DNA of 64,000 nucleotides, taken from Candidatus Saccharimonadota bacterium (GTDB lineage: Bacteria; Patescibacteriota; Saccharimonadia; Saccharimonadales; UBA10212). The position numbers and the translations under genes are program-made. The stretch is from contig JALHRM010000002.1 of the NCBI GenBank assembly GCA_022841445.1, forward strand, positions 25,581 through 89,580. Reading direction: 5' to 3'. The stretch's first letter is position 1. Every line of letters starts with the position of its first letter. The notes beneath the pieces were generated by a model that saw only the letters and a program-made list of their open reading frames with translations, did no database searches and was not told the origin of the DNA. This document shows positions 7,952 through 17,598 of this stretch, one piece after another.

Positions 7952-9892
7952 TTAGCGGTACTTATTAAGCAGTAAAATTGTATTTACGAATTCTGCATGA
8001 CTCCACACAAGCGGACTAACTCCTACCTGAGTGCCATCGATAGGATCAACCTGTTCTGCTAGCATGCCACTCGCAGTGATGTGCGCCTTAGTCCAGTCCA
8101 ATATCTCACGAGTCTGATTTTGGCGACCTGTCCGGGCGTAATACTGTGCCAGCCAAAGCGTACAAATTATCCAAGGGTTTCCTAGATATTGGGTTTGCTT
8201 TAAGAAATAATTATCATTCTCGTAGCGAATCGCCCCGCCAGACGGAGTTACATTGCACAGCATTCGTTCTGTGGTGCTCATGGCTTGCCGGAGCGCATCA
8301 CTGTTAAATCTTGATTCATCAAAAAACCACACCCCGTATGCACTAGAACTATCAACAGTGTTGTTATATTCGATTGTACCGTCGCTTAGCAGCAATTGAC
8401 TCTTTCGGTACACACCTCGTTCTTGATCAAACAACTGTTTCATATTGTCTGATATTTGGTTCGCTGCTTCGCGCCAGTGCCGAGATTCTTCACTGCGGTG
8501 CAGTAAATCCGCAAGACGCGCTGCTTCTTTGAGTGCCGCAACGGTCACCGCGACCGTATACGTATGAGTGGCAAATTTCTCCTCCCACAAGTCATAAGTC
8601 GCATGCGGTAACCCTGTTTCAGCATCGATGAACCGTGCCATGAAATTACTAGCTGGTGCAATCAGGCTTTCGTAGATCTTAGTAACAAAATCAATATCTC
8701 CGGATGCTTGCTGATACTTACCGATAGCATAAATGACAGTTGCCGTTTCGTCTTCCTGTATAGCTAGTTCTGGATGATTAAAATGCATCAGTGGGTGCCA
8801 GGTACTGCCAATACTGCGGTCTGGCTGATATTTATGCATCATGTAACCATCCGGATGAATGGTGTCAACACAAAATTCGAAAAAGTTCCTTGATTCCTCG
8901 TAGTATCCAAGATCTATCATGGTCAGCATAGTCAGCGCGCCGTCCCGTGGCCACACGTAGCTATAGTAGTCACGACCATAGTTATAAATAGAGGAATCAC
9001 AGCTCGCTATAATACCGCCGCGCTTGTCAATATGTGACTTGACTATCATTAGTGATTTTTTGAATAGCGGCTTGTAAGAGTCGTCCGTGGCATTAATATG
9101 CTGGTCGGCGATACTTAGCCAGTTCCTCCACCAACTGCGTGTTGTATCAAGTCGTGTTGATAGACCATCCTTCATGAATTTCTTATGAATAGATTCAGCG
9201 TCATGCTGGGCATGTGATGCGATAACCCAGTAATCGACATAGTCAGATGCAAAAGGTTCAAGCTTTAGACAGCAGCGAAGCACCGAGTCAACACCGCCAT
9301 GTTCCACCAGATTCCCAGAAAGCTCACCGTCCTCGGCATCCCTATAGGTGCCTTCTTTGCCTTCAACGCCATAATTACCAACCGAGAATTGGTCGAAAGG
9401 TTGATGATTGCTGTCTCTGGCATGAATAAGCAGCGAACAACGACCCTTGTAATCAAATAAGTAGTTTCCGCTTGGCACGTAGAGCACGGTGTCTGCTCGG
9501 CCGTCGTTGCTTATCTGAAAGACCTGGTGCATAAATATCCTCGGTTCGATTACATGGTCGGTCAAATTTTCGATCCTGATGCGACGACAAAAGGCATTAT
9601 ACTGGCTATCCACAAAATCGGATAACAATAACCGGACACCGAGTTCTTTGTGCTCGGCAGTGATACTACTCACCAAGGCATCTGATTCAAAATCAACACT
9701 AACATGCCAGCTCCCATCGTCTATCCAACTAAAGACACCGTTCACCCAGACGCCGATCATGTGGTGTACGCTGCGAGCAGTTGTTAGGTTTTCTTGGCCT
9801 ATATATGGGTAGTAAAAGTCGTGCACTAGCCCATGTTCATTCAAGCCTACCAACATTTCGCCGTTGCTAAGCATTACCGCTCTACCCACCAC
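7952..9892 (-). CDS. glycoside hydrolase family 15 (glucoamylase/glucodextranase-like)
   Basis: 646 aa. N-terminal beta-sandwich region plus an (alpha/alpha)6 region with YVWPRDGA and WEE blocks typical of GH15. The true start may be ATG 9874 rather than GTG 9892. Confidence 0.8.
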   Translation of the reverse strand: MVGRAVMLSNGEMLVGLNEHGLVHDFYYPYIGQENLTTARSVHHMIGVWVNGVFSWIDDGSWHVSVDFESDALVSSITAEHKELGVRLLLSDFVDSQYNAFCRRIRIENLTDHVIEPRIFMHQVFQISNDGRADTVLYVPSGNYLFDYKGRCSLLIHARDSNHQPFDQFSVGNYGVEGKEGTYRDAEDGELSGNLVEHGGVDSVLRCCLKLEPFASDYVDYWVIASHAQHDAESIHKKFMKDGLSTRLDTTRSWWRNWLSIADQHINATDDSYKPLFKKSLMIVKSHIDKRGGIIASCDSSIYNYGRDYYSYVWPRDGALTMLTMIDLGYYEESRNFFEFCVDTIHPDGYMMHKYQPDRSIGSTWHPLMHFNHPELAIQEDETATVIYAIGKYQQASGDIDFVTKIYESLIAPASNFMARFIDAETGLPHATYDLWEEKFATHTYTVAVTVAALKEAARLADLLHRSEESRHWREAANQISDNMKQLFDQERGVYRKSQLLLSDGTIEYNNTVDSSSAYGVWFFDESRFNSDALRQAMSTTERMLCNVTPSGGAIRYENDNYFLKQTQYLGNPWIICTLWLAQYYARTGRQNQTREILDWTKAHITASGMLAEQVDPIDGTQVGVSPLVWSHAEFVNTILLLNKYR

Positions 9893-9903
9893 AAACTCCC
9901 ATC

Positions 9904-11112
9904 CTAAACCTCAAATCCTAACTTACTAAGCCGATATTTTACGTCGTGGTATGCATTTATAAAGTTTATGTATGCCTCGTACGGGGTTTCATATGGGCTG
10001 AAGTAGGCGTGTACGTCACCATCGCTAAACCATTTGGTACACATGTAGTAAAAATGGTCGGAAGTCTGAAGCTTTCTCCAGTCATCAATAAGCTGCAGAT
10101 CACCGCTCCGTAAAACTAAATCTTGCATGCCATAAAGTGCTGCGATGGCTTGCTGCTGCATAGGGTTACCCAGCCAAGCAGTCAAATCCCGCTCCGTATC
10201 AGCCCATGTAACTGTTTCAGGCATGTCAACTCGGTCGACTGGATCGTAAGTATCAACTGCTTCTGACACCGTCATAAACGTGTGTGATGGGTCGGCTAAC
10301 CATTCGTTTGGCAGATGTTCTAAAAATTCAAAAATGCCACTTTCTTCCCACTGGTGCTCTCCAAACGTTTCATAGTCCATAAACAAATTAAAGTTGGTAG
10401 CATCGCCGGTTTCGCTTAACCAATGGCTAAACTTATTGGCAGTAAGCGGCCACTCCGACCATTCTCGGTTAGTAAAGCGAAAAGCAATATCATCACTCAA
10501 TTTATAATTTTTAAGAAGCAGACGAATATTGTCCGTATAAGTTGGCATATAGACATAATTGGGGCTGCGCCAGTCAAGAGCTGCTTCCCAACCCTCCGCC
10601 AAAATGCCCTTGTAGCCCGCCTTGTCCGCCCAGTATGCCAAATCATTATTGTAGGCCAGTTCTGTGTTGCGAAAAACTGTAGGTCGTTGTCCAAAAAGCT
10701 GGTCTACTTTCCTCCGATGCATATCCACTTGGGCCTCAAACTCACTTTTGGAATAAAAGAACGCCAAGCTATGATGGTATGTTTCTCCAACAATTTCTAC
10801 ACGACCAGTATCGGTTAGTTGTTTAAAGCTCGCCAAGGCTTCAGGCGACCACTTTTCCAATTGTTCAAGGACAGTGCCGGTGATAGACATGCTTAGCTTG
10901 AACTTTGGATGGGTATGCAGTAACTCAAGTAATTTGCGATTTGTTGGTATGTACGACTTGGCAGCTACTTTATGCAGTATTTCCTGGTTATTGGTACGAT
11001 TGCCAGCACTGGCGTCAAAGTAGGCATGATCAATACCGGCGTCAAAAATAGAATACGGCTTGATACGGTATGGCTGATGTACGTGAAGATACAGAACAAT
11101 TGCTTTAGTCAT
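9904..11112 (-). CDS. glycoside hydrolase family 57 (alpha-amylase / alpha-glucan-active enzyme)
   Basis: 402 aa. LYLHVHQPYR N-terminal signature and the later ETFGEH block are characteristic of GH57. Confidence 0.8.
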   Translation of the reverse strand: MTKAIVLYLHVHQPYRIKPYSIFDAGIDHAYFDASAGNRTNNQEILHKVAAKSYIPTNRKLLELLHTHPKFKLSMSITGTVLEQLEKWSPEALASFKQLTDTGRVEIVGETYHHSLAFFYSKSEFEAQVDMHRRKVDQLFGQRPTVFRNTELAYNNDLAYWADKAGYKGILAEGWEAALDWRSPNYVYMPTYTDNIRLLLKNYKLSDDIAFRFTNREWSEWPLTANKFSHWLSETGDATNFNLFMDYETFGEHQWEESGIFEFLEHLPNEWLADPSHTFMTVSEAVDTYDPVDRVDMPETVTWADTERDLTAWLGNPMQQQAIAALYGMQDLVLRSGDLQLIDDWRKLQTSDHFYYMCTKWFSDGDVHAYFSPYETPYEAYINFINAYHDVKYRLSKLGFEV

Positions 11113-12314
11113 ACGGCAACTCCGGCCCGATGTCTGTGATAAACGCTCATTAACGAAGTTGCCGCATCATCCCATGACAATCGGCTGTATTCACGACGAG
11201 CGTTGCTCAGGAGCTCGGTAGCGAGTGCGGGATTATTAACGACGGCCGCTATCTGGTTTGCCATTCCGTCAATATCCCAATAATTAACTTTTAAGCAGTT
11301 ACTAAGTACCTCAGCAACGCCTGATTGCCGACTTATCAGTGCTGGTGTTCCATAGCCAACGGCTTCTAGCGGCGTGAGACCAAATGGTTCAGAAATAGAT
11401 GGCATGACAAATAAATCAGCAATAGCATACGCGTCTCGCCAGTTTTTACCACGTTGGAAACCAGTCAGTACGACTTTGTCGGCAATGCCAAGAGCAGCTG
11501 ATTCTTCGATGAGTTCATGATATTGTTCGCCGCCGCCTACAATCAGAAACATCGTTTTAGGAGCTTTCTGGCTGACCAGCTGTGCCGCGCGCAAAAAATT
11601 CATCAATCCTTTTTGGATTGTTAGCCGACTAATGGTGGCTACAACTTTCCAATCTCGGGCTTTCATTTCTGTCAGGTAATGGTAGGCGTTGTGATCATCC
11701 AGAGGTGCAACATCTTCTGTATCGATACTGTTGTGAATGACACTGATTTTGTGCGCCGGGATATGGTAGTCGGCGATAATCATTTTCTTGGTGTGTTCGC
11801 TAACAGCGATGATGCGGTCGGCGACTAGCAGCGCCATGTATTCAATTTCTCGCACGACTGGATTGCCATAATGGCCACCAGCCCGATCTCGTTCAATAGA
11901 ATGCACATGCGCAATAAATGGTTTACCGGTCTGCTCTTTGAGTCGAAGCGCTGCCCGAAACGTAAGCCAGTCATGGGCATGAATAACATCAAACTGAGAG
12001 ACGCTAGCTAAATTCGCGACAGCATGCTCGTAGCCGTGCTGTTGACCGTGTATGTCCAGCCACTCTATGCGACCATCCTTATAAACATATTTATAACTGT
12101 CGTACGCAATGCCGGCTTTGTGCACCTGTTCAACATGTAGTGGTAGGGCGTGTGTGACTTTCATGAAGGGATACTGCTCGTTAGTAGAATAGGGCAAAAT
12201 AAATTCAATATCTGCTCCACGACTCGCCAGGGCTTTGCATAACTGATAACAAGCCACTCCAAGCCCACCGCTGTTATTTGGCGGAAGCTCCCATCCAAGC
12301 ATAAGGATTTTCAT
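11109..12314 (-). CDS. GT-B glycosyltransferase, glycogen/alpha-glucan synthase-like (GT4/GT5)
   Basis: 401 aa. MKILMLGWELPPNNSGGLGVA N-terminus and the C-terminal E-x7-E-like block (SEPFGLTPLEA). 4-nt overlap with the GH57 gene. Confidence 0.75.
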   Translation of the reverse strand: MKILMLGWELPPNNSGGLGVACYQLCKALASRGADIEFILPYSTNEQYPFMKVTHALPLHVEQVHKAGIAYDSYKYVYKDGRIEWLDIHGQQHGYEHAVANLASVSQFDVIHAHDWLTFRAALRLKEQTGKPFIAHVHSIERDRAGGHYGNPVVREIEYMALLVADRIIAVSEHTKKMIIADYHIPAHKISVIHNSIDTEDVAPLDDHNAYHYLTEMKARDWKVVATISRLTIQKGLMNFLRAAQLVSQKAPKTMFLIVGGGEQYHELIEESAALGIADKVVLTGFQRGKNWRDAYAIADLFVMPSISEPFGLTPLEAVGYGTPALISRQSGVAEVLSNCLKVNYWDIDGMANQIAAVVNNPALATELLSNARREYSRLSWDDAATSLMSVYHRHRAGVAV

Positions 12315-12444
12315 CTATGTATTGTTGCCCTTTACCCCTTATACACGTCTTATCTAAGAGTATAGTAACTTTACACTATAAGCACAACCGTAACTCAACC
12401 ATTTTTAATCAGTTATTTCAACATCGCTGATATTTCTACGAGGG

Positions 12445-12473
12445 CTGACAAAGCAGGACAGATTATATAGAAT
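12445..12473 (+). promoter_or_regulatory. candidate sigma70-type promoter for tRNA-Trp
   Basis: CTGACA, 17 nt, TAGAAT. It ends 26 nt before the tRNA 5' end. Confidence 0.4.
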
Positions 12474-12499
12474 GATGAGGCACTTTGTTACACAACTAT

Positions 12500-12574
12500 A
12501 GGGGCATAGTACAACGGCTAGTATAAAGGTCTCCAAAACCTTAGATCGTGGTTCGATTCCACGTGCCCCTGCCA
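12500..12574 (+). tRNA. tRNA-Trp (anticodon CCA), CCA end encoded
   Basis: Acceptor AGGGGCA/TGCCCCT, anticodon stem AAGGT/ACCTT with loop CTCCAAA, T arm CGTGG-TTCGATT-CCACG. Confidence 0.9.
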
Positions 12575-12656
12575 ATATACGACCAGGCATATCCTAAATT
12601 ATGTAAGAATTCGTTTTTAGTTATAGTTCCTACATAAGTTAGCTATATTTCATAAT

Positions 12657-12676
12657 GTGTACTATAATTAGTACAC
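12657..12676. promoter_or_regulatory. perfect 8-4-8 palindrome overlapping a TATAAT box (candidate operator)
   Basis: GTGTACTA-TAAT-TAGTACAC, 25 nt upstream of the GTG start at 12701. The central ACTATAAT contains a consensus -10 hexamer. Confidence 0.45.
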
Positions 12677-12700
12677 TAATCTAGTTAGAGGAACATACTA

Positions 12701-13345
12701 GTGGGACAACCTGAAGTTCAGCAAGGCGGTTATTTGCGGGCAGCTTATTTTGACCGCGATATAAGCGTAGGTGAGGTAGACATATTTAGAACGGCCATCG
12801 GTGTACATGCCTTAAAAATGGCTATTTCAAGGGGTTTTAACGGATTAGTTGGGCACAAAGGCGGAATCCAAAAATTAATTCGCGAAGGTTTTGCGCACAG
12901 CGAAGATGGCCGAACCAGAAATGGCGAAGAAGGTTTTGCGGTAGAGGTAATTGTGCCGCCACCCGAAGCTGTACTATTCATGGATGGTGAGCACCTTTCA
13001 AGATTTACACATGTTTGGGGTCACAGAGTTTTAACTGCTGCGCAAGTCGATGTATTCACCGATCTTGCGAGAGGCGATAACCACCCTGGGACGGCAATCA
13101 TGTATTTTCCTCATGGAAGAGCTGAATGTATAGACGGTCCATCATCAGGCGACCCTCTCATTTTAGAAATACAGCCTCAAGCTAGAGACTTTAGAGATCG
13201 TAGTCCAATAATTGCAATTCCGCTGAGCCTGGTATGCCGCTTAGAAAGCGATCAGGGTAAAACCCTGTATGTTCCAAATCACTGGAGCTTAAGGGATGCT
13301 CCTCGGCCAGGGCAGTTAGTTGACCCAGTGGCTGCAGTTTCATAA
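12701..13345 (+). CDS. hypothetical protein, no recognisable family
   Basis: 214-aa ORF with a GTG start and AGAGGAA 7 nt upstream. Soluble and His-rich in places (HVWGHR, NHPGTAIMYFPHG). Confidence 0.5.
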   Translation: MGQPEVQQGGYLRAAYFDRDISVGEVDIFRTAIGVHALKMAISRGFNGLVGHKGGIQKLIREGFAHSEDGRTRNGEEGFAVEVIVPPPEAVLFMDGEHLSRFTHVWGHRVLTAAQVDVFTDLARGDNHPGTAIMYFPHGRAECIDGPSSGDPLILEIQPQARDFRDRSPIIAIPLSLVCRLESDQGKTLYVPNHWSLRDAPRPGQLVDPVAAVS

Positions 13346-13440
13346 AAAGTAAAGCAGAAGCACTTAAAGCCTTAAACTCTTGCAATAAAGTAGGCGAGTA
13401 GCTAGCGAACTGCGCCGTTACGTTGTACAATATGGTATAA

Positions 13441-14106
13441 ATGAATCAGGCTAAAGTAAGTTTACAAAAACCACTGCTAGTGAGTATGTATGGGTTTCCA
13501 GGGGCGGGTAAAAGTTTTACTGGTCGGCAACTGGCCGACGAACTTAGTATGGCTTACGTCAGTGCCGATCGCATTCGAGCTGAGCTTTTTGAACAACCTC
13601 GTTTTGATAAACAAGAAAATAGTATCATCTCGCATCTTATGAATTACATGTGTGAAGAATTCATTCATGCCGGTGTCAGCGTAGTATTTGATACCAATGC
13701 TGCCCGTATCAATCAAAGGTTTCATTTGCGCGAATTGGCAAGAAAAGCAAAAGCCGAATATCTGCTTATTTGGCTCCAGATTGATCCGGACAGTGCCTTT
13801 AATCGTACCCAAAAGCGAGATCGTCGCACCCTTGATGACAAATATGCCTACCCGCATGATGCCGAGTCGTTCCAGCAAGTGCTAAACAGTATGCAAAACC
13901 CGCGTGACGAAGAGTACCTGGTAGTAAGTGCGAAGCACACCTTCGCCACTCAAAAAGGTACCGTCATGAATCGACTATATCAGCTTGGAATCGTGTCTTC
14001 GCAGCAGGTGCAGGAGCGTGTCGCAAAACCAGGACTGGTGAATTTGATTCCCAATATGCAATCAGGACGAGTTGATCTCGATCGTCGCAACATCTCAATT
14101 CGCTAA
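13441..14106 (+). CDS. P-loop kinase (AAA_33 / zeta-toxin / polynucleotide-kinase-like fold)
   Basis: 221 aa. Walker A YGFPGAGKSF, then SADRIR and a FDTN block, as in small-molecule or polynucleotide kinases of this fold. Confidence 0.6.
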   Translation: MNQAKVSLQKPLLVSMYGFPGAGKSFTGRQLADELSMAYVSADRIRAELFEQPRFDKQENSIISHLMNYMCEEFIHAGVSVVFDTNAARINQRFHLRELARKAKAEYLLIWLQIDPDSAFNRTQKRDRRTLDDKYAYPHDAESFQQVLNSMQNPRDEEYLVVSAKHTFATQKGTVMNRLYQLGIVSSQQVQERVAKPGLVNLIPNMQSGRVDLDRRNISIR

Positions 14107-14819
14107 TGCCCTATAAGGAACAAGCCGTGAATGGGGTGGGTGTGGTGCGCGTCACAAAACGCCGCCGGGTAAAACATCTAAAGGTCCGCCTTGATCCTCG
14201 TGGTGATATACACGTCACCATACCGTACTGGCTGCCTTATGCAAGTGGTTTTCAATTCGCGTGGAGCAAGCGAGACTGGATAGCGAAATCTCGAACCAAG
14301 CACATTGCGCCCAGCTACTATGCTGCTGGAACACGTATCGGTAAAGCACATGTATTAGAAGCAACTGACTCACCAAAAATACGAGTAGGTAGACAGGTCA
14401 TCAGTGTTCCGGCAAATCATTTACCAACTGATAGTCCCAGCATTTCGCTGCAGCGTGCTGGAGAAAGAGCGCTCAAACGTCAGGCTGAGGCGTTGCTACC
14501 CAAGCGACTTGAAGCCTTAGCTATGGACAACAACTTCAAATACAAAGACGTTAGCGTCAAAAAAATGACTTCGCGCTGGGGCAGTTGCTCAAGTGAAAAC
14601 GACATCGCACTTAGTATTTTTCTCATACAACTTCCATGGGATTTGATTGATTACGTGCTACTGCACGAATTAGCCCATACCGTACAACACAACCATAGTC
14701 CGCAGTTCTGGCAGCTAGTTGAAAATCATATGCCAGATTATAAAACCAGACGACGCGCCTTAAAACAAAATCGCCCCACGTTGATTCCTATAAATGAGCC
14801 GAGCATGGTCAACATATAA
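14106..14819 (+). CDS. YgjP-like metal-dependent hydrolase (DUF45 / SprT-like zincin)
   Basis: 237 aa. LLHELAHTVQHNHSPQFW HExxH block. The start overlaps the upstream stop (TAATG). Confidence 0.7.
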   Translation: MPYKEQAVNGVGVVRVTKRRRVKHLKVRLDPRGDIHVTIPYWLPYASGFQFAWSKRDWIAKSRTKHIAPSYYAAGTRIGKAHVLEATDSPKIRVGRQVISVPANHLPTDSPSISLQRAGERALKRQAEALLPKRLEALAMDNNFKYKDVSVKKMTSRWGSCSSENDIALSIFLIQLPWDLIDYVLLHELAHTVQHNHSPQFWQLVENHMPDYKTRRRALKQNRPTLIPINEPSMVNI

Positions 14820-14832
14820 GCGTATCAGTTGC

Positions 14833-15957
14833 ATGCTGTGGCATAATACGGTTATGCCTGTTTCAAAAACAAAACTTGCCACAAGTGAACTGCTTGATCA
14901 TGAACGCCTCAATGCCCTGGTTAACAGCATGGCTGATGGTGTTATCGCCATTGACGAAGCAGGTATGATCGTTCTAAGCAATGGTGCTGCACTAAATATC
15001 CTGGACACTAACGGGACGCTTCGGGGCAAGAAACTTGAGTCAGTTCTGCATTTGGTTGATAAAAACGGACAAAAAATTTCTCTTACCGAACAAATACAGT
15101 CAACTCGTACGTCGCTTAGCAGTCGCGATTGGTTGATACGCTACGATGACGAAAGTACCGCTAACCTATATGTCAGTGCAGCAGTCGTGCATCTTGGCTA
15201 TGGCAAATCCGGTCAGCGCGGTTATGTTATTTTGCTAAGAGACATCACCCGTGAAAAGTCTCTTGAAGAAGAACGTGATGAATTTATCAGCGTTGTTAGT
15301 CATGAGCTACGCACCCCTATAGCAATCGCTGAAGGAAACGTCAGTAATGCGATATTACTTGCCCAAAAAGCAGGAATAGCTGGTTCAATCACTGACACCC
15401 TGCAAGCCACATACGACCAAATTGTTTTCTTAAGTCATATGATTAATGATCTTTCTACGCTATCCCGGGCCGAACAGGGTACCCTTGCACTCGAAATTGA
15501 ACCTATCAACGCCCATGATCTGGTTATGGACCTGGTACGCGACTACACGCCACAAGCCGAAGAAAAAGGACTACATTTAACACATAAGGTTGATCCTCGC
15601 TTACATATACTACGCAGTGGGCGGCTCTATGTACGTGAAATTCTGCAGAACTTTATAACCAACGCCATAAAATATACCGAAAAGGGCAGGGTGACAATTA
15701 CGGCTGCGCCGTACAAAGAAGGAGTTCAATTTTCTATTCACGATACGGGGATAGGCATTAGTAAATCCGATCAAGAGCGGGTTTTTGACAAGTTTTTCCG
15801 GAGCGAAGATTGGCGCACACGGCAAAATAGTGGCACCGGACTTGGGCTCTATGTCACCATGAAACTCACCCGTCTTATACACGCCGAAATATCACTTAAA
15901 AGTGCCATCAATAAGGGATCAACCTTTACCATCAAAATGCCGAATCTAGACACCTAA
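14833..15957 (+). CDS. cytoplasmic PAS-domain sensor histidine kinase
   Basis: PAS-like segment (MADGVIAIDEAGMIVLSNGAA), H-box VSHELRTP, and N/G boxes (NAIKYT, DTGIGI, GTGLGL). No TM helices. The start is uncertain (14794, 14833 or 14854). Confidence 0.8.
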   Translation: MLWHNTVMPVSKTKLATSELLDHERLNALVNSMADGVIAIDEAGMIVLSNGAALNILDTNGTLRGKKLESVLHLVDKNGQKISLTEQIQSTRTSLSSRDWLIRYDDESTANLYVSAAVVHLGYGKSGQRGYVILLRDITREKSLEEERDEFISVVSHELRTPIAIAEGNVSNAILLAQKAGIAGSITDTLQATYDQIVFLSHMINDLSTLSRAEQGTLALEIEPINAHDLVMDLVRDYTPQAEEKGLHLTHKVDPRLHILRSGRLYVREILQNFITNAIKYTEKGRVTITAAPYKEGVQFSIHDTGIGISKSDQERVFDKFFRSEDWRTRQNSGTGLGLYVTMKLTRLIHAEISLKSAINKGSTFTIKMPNLDT

Positions 15958-15961
15958 ACTT

Positions 15962-17470
15962 CTAGAACCGCGGTAGCTTGGGTATTGTTTGCAATACGGG
16001 TTCGTTTATTGGTCTGCCTTTCCAGCTGATACTCCCTAGTTCATATCGGTAGAATGACAGGTGGATTATGACAATTTCGGTAAGAAGCGCAGTCGGCATG
16101 ATAAATGGCGACAACCAAACATGTTTTCTATCATATTGCCACATGAGTAACGCTTGGCAGATAGAAAGCAGTGTCACGCCAATTACTGAAGCAATTATGA
16201 GCGCGATGCTACTACCAATAATTCCTAGCATTAGCCCAACATATTGAAGCACCAACAGCAGTAATAGCAAGCTCACGCCAAACATGGTTATCATATTCTG
16301 CTCTAGCTGTGGGTAGCGGCTTCGTAGCGCTGTAGTAATTTGATCAGGTGTGTTTTTGATAGAAGCTACACCTAGTGTTGCATCGTTAATAAGAAAACTG
16401 TATCTATCGCCATTTTTACCAGTGCTTACCTGACGCGCTAAATGTACTTCTGGAATTACGGCCTGCGCGATGCCCTTCATACCGCCCAACTCCATAAGCG
16501 TCTCGTGACGAATTGCCCAACAGGTACTTAGAACTGGCGGATGTTTATGCGCCCACGAGGGTAGCGCAAATTCCCATAAATACCTAAGTGGCTGCACGAA
16601 TATACCTAATCCTGGCTGATGCTCGCGTTTTGGAAGAACACTGACCATATCGTAACTACCGCCCATACGCTTAACAAGTTCTTCAACCATAGTTGGCTCA
16701 ATTCGTACATCTACACCGACAAACATCAGTATCGAACCACTAGCCTCTGATGCTAGTCGCTCGTAGGCGTGATTTTTTGCTAACCACCGCCTTGGAACAT
16801 TCTTACCGGCAATGAACCTCACACCGCTGTGCGCAAATTGCTTAATAATCTCAGGAGTGTCATCTTGTGAATTATCATCAAGTACGATGATTTCCAATTT
16901 TTTATAAGTAGTCGCGAGAACACTATCCAAGCAGGCTATTACTTTTGTCGATTCGTTTCGTGCAGCTATCAAAACACTGACGGTCGGCGCTTCTAAATCA
17001 GTGCTGACGCCATTTGATTTTCGTTCCGCCTTAAATACACTTAGCGTTGTTATAAACATTACTAGCGCTATGGCAGCACCCACGCCCACCAATATATCAA
17101 ACACACCAATATATACATCAGTATCTAGCATTAAATATGCCCAGTAACCGACCGCAATCAACAATTGACCGATAAGCATAATTGTGCTTACTCTTGATAC
17201 TATTCTTCTAAGCACAGGACGAGGTATTTTTGGGTGTAACAACCGAAGCGAATTAATAAATCGATATGCGCTCGCTGCCGCAAGCAAAAACATAATAATT
17301 GTTGGTACTAGCACCAGCACAACCCCGAACGCGAACATAGTACAAATAGCTGACAGTCCTATAAGCAAACTGCGATTTCTATAATTCTGAGCCCAGAAAC
17401 TTATAAATTCAGCGGCCGTCCCTGCTAGCAGTAGCAGCCCCACTATCAGCCATAGATTAGTTTCGATCAT
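15962..17470 (-). CDS. polytopic membrane family-2 glycosyltransferase
   Basis: 502 aa. About 4 N-terminal and 3-4 C-terminal TM helices flank a GT-A domain (VSVLIAARNES, EIIVLDDNSQD). Confidence 0.75.
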   Translation of the reverse strand: MIETNLWLIVGLLLLAGTAAEFISFWAQNYRNRSLLIGLSAICTMFAFGVVLVLVPTIIMFLLAAASAYRFINSLRLLHPKIPRPVLRRIVSRVSTIMLIGQLLIAVGYWAYLMLDTDVYIGVFDILVGVGAAIALVMFITTLSVFKAERKSNGVSTDLEAPTVSVLIAARNESTKVIACLDSVLATTYKKLEIIVLDDNSQDDTPEIIKQFAHSGVRFIAGKNVPRRWLAKNHAYERLASEASGSILMFVGVDVRIEPTMVEELVKRMGGSYDMVSVLPKREHQPGLGIFVQPLRYLWEFALPSWAHKHPPVLSTCWAIRHETLMELGGMKGIAQAVIPEVHLARQVSTGKNGDRYSFLINDATLGVASIKNTPDQITTALRSRYPQLEQNMITMFGVSLLLLLLVLQYVGLMLGIIGSSIALIIASVIGVTLLSICQALLMWQYDRKHVWLSPFIMPTALLTEIVIIHLSFYRYELGSISWKGRPINEPVLQTIPKLPRF

Positions 17471-17598
17471 AGTATAGTTACGAATATACCACGATAGAAT
17501 TAGTTAAGTTAGTTGCATTAATGTGCCTTAGCTTGTACTATTGACATGTACGGCCTACTAACTCATATGTAGGCTTTTTTATTTGAGGAAACAACTAC

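Noticed and set aside
12405-12590. 61-aa minus-strand ORF.
   Set aside because: It is antisense to tRNA-Trp and its promoter.
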